Source of the DNA: Candidatus Coatesbacteria bacterium
Lineage (GTDB): Bacteria > JAFGND01
Assembly (NCBI GenBank): GCA_016927185.1
Contig: JAFGND010000009.1
Coordinates: forward strand, 1-33,194
Length of the DNA stretch: 33,194 bases
Reading direction: 5' to 3'
Position numbers and translations under genes: made by a program. The notes beneath the pieces are model-generated. The model was not told the DNA's origin. It saw only the letters and a program-made list of their open reading frames with translations, and did no database searches. Positions 26,425-33,194 of this stretch are shown in pieces (position 1 is the stretch's first letter; every line of letters starts with the position of its first letter).

Positions 26425-27895
26425 AAACAGTGAAAACTGTCCCTTTCCTGGATTTGCTTTCTACTGTTATCCTCCCTTCATGATTATCCACAATCTGCTT
26501 TACTATCGCCAACCCGAGACCGGTTCCCTGTTTCTTGCCAAATGACTTGAATGGTTCGAATATCTGTGGCAGTATTTCCTTGCTTATCGGATTACCTGCA
26601 TTCATTATGGAAAAATATATCTCTTTTGTCTTTTTATTGTAACCTGTAGAAATTAAAATCCTTTCATTTTCAAAAGAGGCATATATAGCATTATCTATTA
26701 AATTCACAATTACACGGCTCAGTTTTATCACATCACATTTTATCCTGCCATCATAATCATAGTTTCTTTCTATTTCAAGTTTCTTTTCTTCCAGAAGTAC
26801 TGAAAACTGAATTATGTTTTCGTCTATCAGGTTATTCAGATTAGCTTCCTCAAGCTTGATATCCTGAATTCCCTTGGAGAAATCCAGTATTTCCTGGGTA
26901 TATGAAACCATCTTGTCTATATCTGTCTGCATTCGCTCTATGAATTTCTTTTTCTTGTCAGGCGACTGTTGATCTGACTCCAGTATTTCAGTATATCCTC
27001 TCAGAGTAGAGAAAAAGTTCCTTAGATCATGTATGATTTTCGCTGCTACCTGACCAACTGATGCCAGTCTTCCCTGAAATACCTTCGCCTTGATTAGACT
27101 GTGAGTCTTAATAGCTATTGCAGCTTGCTTGGCAAATAGCTCCATATATTCCACATCATCAGTATTGAAAGTGTTCTTTGCTTTGGAATTATCCAGATAT
27201 ATCAAGCCAAATACTTCATTCTCCATCTCGAGAGGTACAGCAAGTATGCTTTTCAGAGATAGTTTTATTACTGACTCCTCAAGTCCTATTTCATCATCAT
27301 TCTCCAGATTTGTGGAATAGATTGTTTTTTTGTCTTCAAATACTCTGTTTATTATGCTTTCACTATATATTATAGAATCATTTTCTAAAGTATTACCATC
27401 CTTATCTTTTGCTATATATATTCTTGTTTTGTCAGATGCACCTTGCTGGAGGAAGATGATGAAGCCTCTTTCAGCTTGAACAAGATCTATTGCCTTTTGT
27501 ATTATCAAATCAAGGATTTCCTTTATATCATACTTGGATATCAGTTCCTGAAAAATTTCCTGAAGCATTAAAAATCTTGTTCTTTCCTTTTTCTGGGTTT
27601 TCAGTAGATATGCGAAATAATAGGATTTGCTTCCAAAACGTATTTCCTTGTTAGGTTCGAGTATTGCCTTGTCAATCCTGACATTATCTAAGAAGGTGCC
27701 TAGCCTGCTTTTAAGATCCTCTATATACCATTTATTATCCTGATAGTATAACCTTGCATGATTCCTTGATGTAGACATATCAGGAATGAAGATATCTGCA
27801 TTATCTCCCCTGCCGATAATCTGTTCAGCATTCAGTTTGAATCTTTTCTGGTATCCGTAAGGATCTTCAACATAAAGATAAAAAACGTCTTTCAT
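26402..27895 (-). CDS. FHA + GAF + histidine kinase
   Basis: FHA IGR..SRNHA..IEDLKS..GTFL; GAF SILAVPL..GLIYLDN..F; H-box IIHDLRN; NLIDNA; IFEPF; GTGLGL. Confidence 0.92.
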   Translation of the reverse strand: MKDVFYLYVEDPYGYQKRFKLNAEQIIGRGDNADIFIPDMSTSRNHARLYYQDNKWYIEDLKSRLGTFLDNVRIDKAILEPNKEIRFGSKSYYFAYLLKTQKKERTRFLMLQEIFQELISKYDIKEILDLIIQKAIDLVQAERGFIIFLQQGASDKTRIYIAKDKDGNTLENDSIIYSESIINRVFEDKKTIYSTNLENDDEIGLEESVIKLSLKSILAVPLEMENEVFGLIYLDNSKAKNTFNTDDVEYMELFAKQAAIAIKTHSLIKAKVFQGRLASVGQVAAKIIHDLRNFFSTLRGYTEILESDQQSPDKKKKFIERMQTDIDKMVSYTQEILDFSKGIQDIKLEEANLNNLIDENIIQFSVLLEEKKLEIERNYDYDGRIKCDVIKLSRVIVNLIDNAIYASFENERILISTGYNKKTKEIYFSIMNAGNPISKEILPQIFEPFKSFGKKQGTGLGLAIVKQIVDNHEGRITVESKSRKGTVFTVFIPCDID

Positions 27896-27961
27896 ACCGG
27901 AATCATCCCGTAAATATTGAAATTACTTGTCAAGCTCAGTATATATTTCTGGATATGCTGA

Positions 27962-29338
27962 ATGAAAATAACTGACAGAAAACCTAATTATATGCTATTT
28001 TTGCTGATTTCCCTCAGTTTTCTTCTCCTGAGATTTCTTTATCCACTCGCAGATCCAGGACTGAATCTCTCAAATAGTACAGGAATATTTACAGATGAAG
28101 GTTTCTTTATTCTGGAGCAAAGAAATCAAATACTTAGTCATGGCACTCTTTTAAGTGAATTCAAACCTTTGTGGACAAATCCTATATTCTGGACTTGGAA
28201 TTCACTGGTGCTTAGAATAACAGGATTATCAAGACTAAATTTCAGGTTATTCAATATCTCTATTTATGTCATATTGACATTTCTTCTCTGGATATTGTAC
28301 CCAAACAACAAGAACAAGTTCATTCTTTTTATAATATGGTCGTCTTGTTACACTTTGTTCGGTTACGGCAGATTGGGAATGGGAGATAGCCTGGGCTTAT
28401 ATTTTCAATTGCTTGTTTTTGTGATTTATTTGCGAAGAAAAGAGGGGAAATTCTGGTATTTCGGTTTAATCCTTGCTCTGATATTCATTTACAGAATACT
28501 TCATATACCTCTAATCATGGTCATCATGATTGATTTGTTTTTTAGGTACGCAAAAACAAGAAAAGTTGAGCTTTTATTTTTAGTTATATCCTTCCTGATT
28601 CCTGTTGTTACATGGTATGCATACTTTTTCCTGACCTGCGATAATCCACAGACTTACATAATTTTTTATAAAAGTCATATATCTGCAGGAATATACGATT
28701 ATCTTCAGAAAATCTATTATTCTTACAGAAATCCAGTGATACTGCAGAATATAATTGTCATATTGCTTGCCTTGACTGGCATTACTGTCAACTTTTACAG
28801 AAAAACGTGGACAAGAGAAGAACTGCTGATTGGAGGTTATATAGTTCTGGAGCTTCTTGTCTTTGTAATAGTAAGGCATAAGGCTACAAGATACTTCATT
28901 GTAATAATTCCTGTTTGTGCGATGTTTGTGCAACTGATGTATAATAAGTACAGGAAATATAATAAACTGATTTTTGCCGTGATAAGCTTGTTTTTTTTCA
29001 CTCAGGTATACCTGATTACAGACTATTACTTGAATCTCAAATACACGCAGGTGAATCTGGACAACAAGTTTGCCTCATTCCCCCAGTCAGAAATAATTGC
29101 AGGAAATCCATCAACCGGTTGCTGCTTCAAGGGAACTTTCCGCTGTTTTCCTGTATGGTTTGATTACTTCAATGGTACTGAATTCATTGAAAAACATAAG
29201 CCGAGATATCTCACTATAGAATATGACAAGGATGACTGGCAGCGTTTCATGAAACAGGATGAACTGAAGCTGAAGTATAAAATAATTGACAGGTGTCCTC
29301 TTGGTAAAATTGATGCAATAATAATGGAGAGAAAATAA
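27962..29338 (+). CDS. Multi-pass membrane protein, probable GT-C (ArnT/PMT-like) glycosyltransferase
   Basis: About 10 hydrophobic segments; LLR...ADP..TDEG in first loop; RYF....P near end. Confidence 0.6.
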   Translation: MKITDRKPNYMLFLLISLSFLLLRFLYPLADPGLNLSNSTGIFTDEGFFILEQRNQILSHGTLLSEFKPLWTNPIFWTWNSLVLRITGLSRLNFRLFNISIYVILTFLLWILYPNNKNKFILFIIWSSCYTLFGYGRLGMGDSLGLYFQLLVFVIYLRRKEGKFWYFGLILALIFIYRILHIPLIMVIMIDLFFRYAKTRKVELLFLVISFLIPVVTWYAYFFLTCDNPQTYIIFYKSHISAGIYDYLQKIYYSYRNPVILQNIIVILLALTGITVNFYRKTWTREELLIGGYIVLELLVFVIVRHKATRYFIVIIPVCAMFVQLMYNKYRKYNKLIFAVISLFFFTQVYLITDYYLNLKYTQVNLDNKFASFPQSEIIAGNPSTGCCFKGTFRCFPVWFDYFNGTEFIEKHKPRYLTIEYDKDDWQRFMKQDELKLKYKIIDRCPLGKIDAIIMERK

Positions 29339-31062
29339 TGGGAATCATCTTGATATTACTTCTTGGTCTGATACAGGGATTGACTGAATTCTTGCCGATA
29401 AGCTCGTCAGGACATCTGGTTGTCCTTCAATCATTTTTCCCTGAAATAAGAATACCCTTATCATATGACGTGCTGGTTCACATAGGAACACTTGTTGCTG
29501 TACTGATATACTTCCGAAGGGATATCTTGAAGCTATTCAATTTCGTTAAATTCAATACGGAAGAAGGAAGAAAATCATTGAGATTGATTTTCATGTTATT
29601 CATTGCAACAATACCTGCTGCCATAGCAGGTCTGCTTTTTGAAGATATCATAGAGGAGATTTTCGAAAACCCAAGACTTGTTGCTGTTGCATGGTTTGTA
29701 ATGGGATTGATTCTCATGGCAACAAAACTCATGAAAAAATCCGAAAATGAAAAAGGGGAGAATGAAATATCTTATCTTGATGCAATTATCATAGGGATAG
29801 CTCAGGCGATAGCAATTCTTCCCGGAGTTTCAAGAAGCGGAAGCACTATAATAGCTGGACTATTGAGAGGCTTGAAACCGGAAGCATCTGCAAAATTCTC
29901 GTTTCTCATGTCAATTCCAGTAATACTGGGAGCTGGCATATTGACATTGAGAAAAGCCAGTTTTGGACAGAATACTTCTTATTTTCTTTCAGGAGCACTG
30001 ATTTCTGCAATCGTAGGTTACATATCCATAATACTTCTCCTGAAGATCCTTGAAAAAAGGAGATTCTTCTATTTCGGAATTTACCTTATCATAATAAGCA
30101 TATCTACTTTCATATTTTTCACTTATGGGACGAAATTACTTGTTCCCAAACCTGCAGTAACTAATATAGACAAGAATCTGAGTTTCAAGACGCTCATCAA
30201 AAAAGGAATTATAACTGAAAAGGAAGCCGAAAATATTGATGCTGAAAACTCTTCAGTAGCAATGCCAAAAGAGGAATTCTACAAGAAATTTTCCCTGTGG
30301 CATATGAAATTGATGGAATGGACTAAAAACAGGAACATTGTTATACTGACAGCACCACAAAGAATCAGGGATGAAAGAGATGATCCTTTTCATCCTGCGC
30401 ATTATATGTTGAAAAGAAGCTTCTGGGATCTTGTATATTTTGATGATTATTATTTTGTATACATGAACAAGAACAAGAAAAGTGACTTTGCATATAGGCT
30501 TCTTGTTCCTGAATCATCATCTCTGATAAACGAAGATGTGAATGATATTTCAATACAGAAAGTGAAAAAAGAAGTGGAAAGAGCATTATCTGATGCACCG
30601 GATCATATAAGAGTGAAGGAATACGCTGCACTGGTATATGGAAAGGTTGGCTTGCTGGAAGAGGCTATTCCCCTTCTGGAAGATCTTACCAGGGCATATT
30701 CAGGAGAGACACGCTTTCTCTTCAATCTGGGGATAACTTATATAAGAATTGGAAAACCTCAGAAAGCTGAACAGCCTTTATACAAAGCGTTGAAAATTCA
30801 TAACAGACCTCAGTATGTTTCTGCACTTGCAAATTGCTATATACTTCAAGGCAAGACAGGTGAGGCAGAAGACCTTCTCAAATACTGGCTCAAGAAAGGT
30901 ATAATTGATTCAAATGGATATTATCTTTATGCTAATATCATGTTTCAGAGGGAAGAGTATGAGAAGGCAGACAAGCTCAATAAGGAAGCATTAAGGACAG
31001 ACAAGGATAACCTGAAGGCACAACAGCTTCAGGAGAAAATTCAGAAAAGGATAGGGAAATGA
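29338..31062 (+). CDS. uppP: Undecaprenyl-diphosphate phosphatase (BacA/UppP) fused to a soluble domain and TPRs
   Basis: QGLTEFLPISSSGHL, H.GT..A, PGVSRSGSTI, FSFLMSIP; ~310 extra residues with TPR-like repeats. Confidence 0.9.
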   Translation: MGIILILLLGLIQGLTEFLPISSSGHLVVLQSFFPEIRIPLSYDVLVHIGTLVAVLIYFRRDILKLFNFVKFNTEEGRKSLRLIFMLFIATIPAAIAGLLFEDIIEEIFENPRLVAVAWFVMGLILMATKLMKKSENEKGENEISYLDAIIIGIAQAIAILPGVSRSGSTIIAGLLRGLKPEASAKFSFLMSIPVILGAGILTLRKASFGQNTSYFLSGALISAIVGYISIILLLKILEKRRFFYFGIYLIIISISTFIFFTYGTKLLVPKPAVTNIDKNLSFKTLIKKGIITEKEAENIDAENSSVAMPKEEFYKKFSLWHMKLMEWTKNRNIVILTAPQRIRDERDDPFHPAHYMLKRSFWDLVYFDDYYFVYMNKNKKSDFAYRLLVPESSSLINEDVNDISIQKVKKEVERALSDAPDHIRVKEYAALVYGKVGLLEEAIPLLEDLTRAYSGETRFLFNLGITYIRIGKPQKAEQPLYKALKIHNRPQYVSALANCYILQGKTGEAEDLLKYWLKKGIIDSNGYYLYANIMFQREEYEKADKLNKEALRTDKDNLKAQQLQEKIQKRIGK

Positions 31063-31559
31063 GAATTATTTATCCGGGGACTTTTGATCCGATAACAAAT
31101 GGTCATCTGGATCTTGTAGAAAGATCAGCAAGAATATTCGAGGAAGTAATCATAGCTGTAGCAAAGAATCCCAAAAAAAGAACGCTTTTTGATTGCGAAG
31201 AGAGGAAGTTTCTTGTTCTGAAATCAACTTCCCACATAGCAAATGTAAGTATCGAGATTTTCGATGAACTCTTGATTGACTATGCAAAAAGAAAAGGAAT
31301 AAACCAGATATTGAGAGGCTTAAGAGCTATCAGTGATTTTGAGTATGAATTCCAGATGGCTCTCATGAACAGGGCAAATGCACCTGAAATAGAATTTTTC
31401 TACATGATGCCAAGCCAGACATACACATTTCTTAGCTCAACTTTGGTAAAGGAATTGGCTTTCTACAAAGGAAATATTGATGCATTTGTGACAAATGAAG
31501 TCAAGATGGCATTGACAAGAAAAATGAACAAGCTATCCGGAAATGAAGTTATCACTTAA
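31059..31559 (+). CDS. coaD: Phosphopantetheine adenylyltransferase
   Basis: YPGTFDPITNGHLD, RGLRAISDFEYE.QMA.MN, SS..VKE. Confidence 0.97.
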   Translation: MRIIYPGTFDPITNGHLDLVERSARIFEEVIIAVAKNPKKRTLFDCEERKFLVLKSTSHIANVSIEIFDELLIDYAKRKGINQILRGLRAISDFEYEFQMALMNRANAPEIEFFYMMPSQTYTFLSSTLVKELAFYKGNIDAFVTNEVKMALTRKMNKLSGNEVIT

Positions 31560-33117
31560 GAAAGCGCTTTTCTCTACATCAATCCTTACAGCACTTGCGA
31601 GAGTATTTGGATTCATAAGGGAAGTAGTTTTCCTTGCTCTTTTCGGTTCATCTCAGATAACGGATGTGTATTTATTCGCCTTCAGGTTAACAAATCTCTT
31701 CAGGCAGATACTGGGGGAGAGCAATGCAGATAGTGCTTTCATGCCGAGTTTCATACAACTGTATGCAAAAGGAGAAAAGGCTGAAGCATGGCGTCTTGCA
31801 AGAAGCATACTGGGTTATCTCATAATATTCTCAATAATTGCGATGCTTTCACTGTTCTTCCTTTTTCCCCCGCTTGCTCATATCCTTGCTCCCGGATTTC
31901 CCAAAGAGACTCTCCCCAAGCTCATCTGGTACGTAAAGACAATGATCCCGATAATAATAATGCTTGCATTATCAGCATATGCAGGAGCGATATTGCAGGC
32001 TTTCAAACGTTTCAGTCCGGTTTATTTCGCACCAGCTCTCTCTTCTATTGGATTCATACTCGTTCTTTATCTATACAAGCAGAAGCTGGGAGATAATGTT
32101 CTGGCTTATGCAATATTAACTGGTTCGCTGCTTCAGATGATTTTCATGTGGATTTTCCTTGTTCCTGTATCATGGAAAGCTGAAGCATTTTCTTTTGGCA
32201 GGATAAAAGGAAAAGTGAAGGGATTGAGGCAGGTGGCAAGGCTTTCAATTCCCATATTGTTTTCGACAGCACTGGAGAAGCTGGCAAGCCAGGTTGATCT
32301 TCTTTTTGCATCTTTGCTTGAAGTCGGATCAATAACCGCTCTTTACAGTTCATACAGACTGTTCCATCTTCCTTTTGCAATAGTAGGGCTCACAATAGGA
32401 AAGGTTTATCTGCCTTATCTTTCGAAAGATACAGTGGAAAAGGACTTCAATTTTTTCGTAAAGAGACTTAATGAAGCAATAAGACTGAATTTCATACTCC
32501 TAGTTCCTGTAATAGTATTCATTGTGATGCTTGCTGAGCAGATAGTAAATGTAATCTATCAGAGAGGTTCATTTGATGCAAGAGCTTCCGGAATGACAAG
32601 TTTCGCTCTTCAGTGTTATGCACCAGGTCTTCTTCCAACTGGATTGATAGCCATTTTAAGCTCCGCTTTTCATTCAAATCTCAATACAAAGAAACCAGTT
32701 ATAGCTGCAGCTATTGGCATGGCACTCAATATAATATTCAATTACATACTAATGCATACATTTCTTACTTATGGAGGATTGGCTCTTGGTACCAGCCTTG
32801 CTTTCATGTTTCAGACAGCTCTTTTATACATCTGGTTCAGGGAGTTTGCAAGGAAGAAGGGAGTTGATATTATGCAGAAAGACGATTTCAAATTCCTGTT
32901 AAGACTGCTACTTGTCAATATCCTGCCTTCATTATCATTGATTCCTTTCTATATTTTCTTTCCGTATGATAAATCCATTATAATAAGAGCTTCTTTTCTG
33001 ATTGCTGCATCAATTATATTCACACTGTTCTTTCTTGCATCGGGTCTGTATCTGTTTCCTATACAAGAGATTAAGGATTCACTTCTTTCAAGAAAAGACA
33101 GAACTGATAATAAATGA
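31543..33117 (+). CDS. murJ: Lipid II flippase MurJ (MviN)
   Basis: R.FGFIRE..A.FG..D....AFR..N.FR...GE; LAPGF; RL..LP..I.G; YQRG.F; GLALGTS. Confidence 0.93.
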   Translation: MKLSLKKALFSTSILTALARVFGFIREVVFLALFGSSQITDVYLFAFRLTNLFRQILGESNADSAFMPSFIQLYAKGEKAEAWRLARSILGYLIIFSIIAMLSLFFLFPPLAHILAPGFPKETLPKLIWYVKTMIPIIIMLALSAYAGAILQAFKRFSPVYFAPALSSIGFILVLYLYKQKLGDNVLAYAILTGSLLQMIFMWIFLVPVSWKAEAFSFGRIKGKVKGLRQVARLSIPILFSTALEKLASQVDLLFASLLEVGSITALYSSYRLFHLPFAIVGLTIGKVYLPYLSKDTVEKDFNFFVKRLNEAIRLNFILLVPVIVFIVMLAEQIVNVIYQRGSFDARASGMTSFALQCYAPGLLPTGLIAILSSAFHSNLNTKKPVIAAAIGMALNIIFNYILMHTFLTYGGLALGTSLAFMFQTALLYIWFREFARKKGVDIMQKDDFKFLLRLLLVNILPSLSLIPFYIFFPYDKSIIIRASFLIAASIIFTLFFLASGLYLFPIQEIKDSLLSRKDRTDNK

Positions 33118-33194
33118 TGATTTTATAATTGATGTTTGTTTTCACATCTGCTTCTTGATTTACTTCATAACTTTTGTCCATAACTCTTTGGGGC

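Noticed and set aside
26484-26492. Perfect DnaA box TTATCCACA
   Set aside because: Isolated and inside the kinase CDS; a single hit is plausible by chance in AT-rich DNA
33071-33194. Possible 3' end of a minus-strand gene entering from the right edge
   Set aside because: Too short to choose a frame or assign a product

Overview
AT-rich bacterial chromosomal segment with 29 well-supported CDSs and no rRNA, tRNA, CRISPR array, transposase or reverse transcriptase that I can see. Type IX-secretion-style C-terminal tails, a PorX regulator, lipoproteins and MlaF/MlaD suggest a diderm FCB-group organism, possibly an uncultured phylum (inference). Most genes are housekeeping or envelope functions: purN, rplU, dus, coaD, murJ, uppP, S41 and M48 proteases, glycosyltransferases and two B12 radical SAM enzymes. 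Best leads: (1) a Schlafen/AlbA_2 plus AbiTii-like fusion (4429-5517), a candidate single-gene anti-phage protein; (2) a GyrI-like gene plus two AlkD-like genes (20629-22663) resembling a genotoxin-resistance cassette, preceded by an unannotated structured RNA/small-ORF region (22700-23035); (3) a DnaA-box cluster (16176-16288) in front of a membrane M48 protease ending in a beta-clamp-binding-like motif; (4) a secreted 8-blade beta-propeller with near-identical DNA repeats and hypervariable loops; (5) an UppP-TPR fusion. All family assignments come from motif recognition by eye, not database searches.
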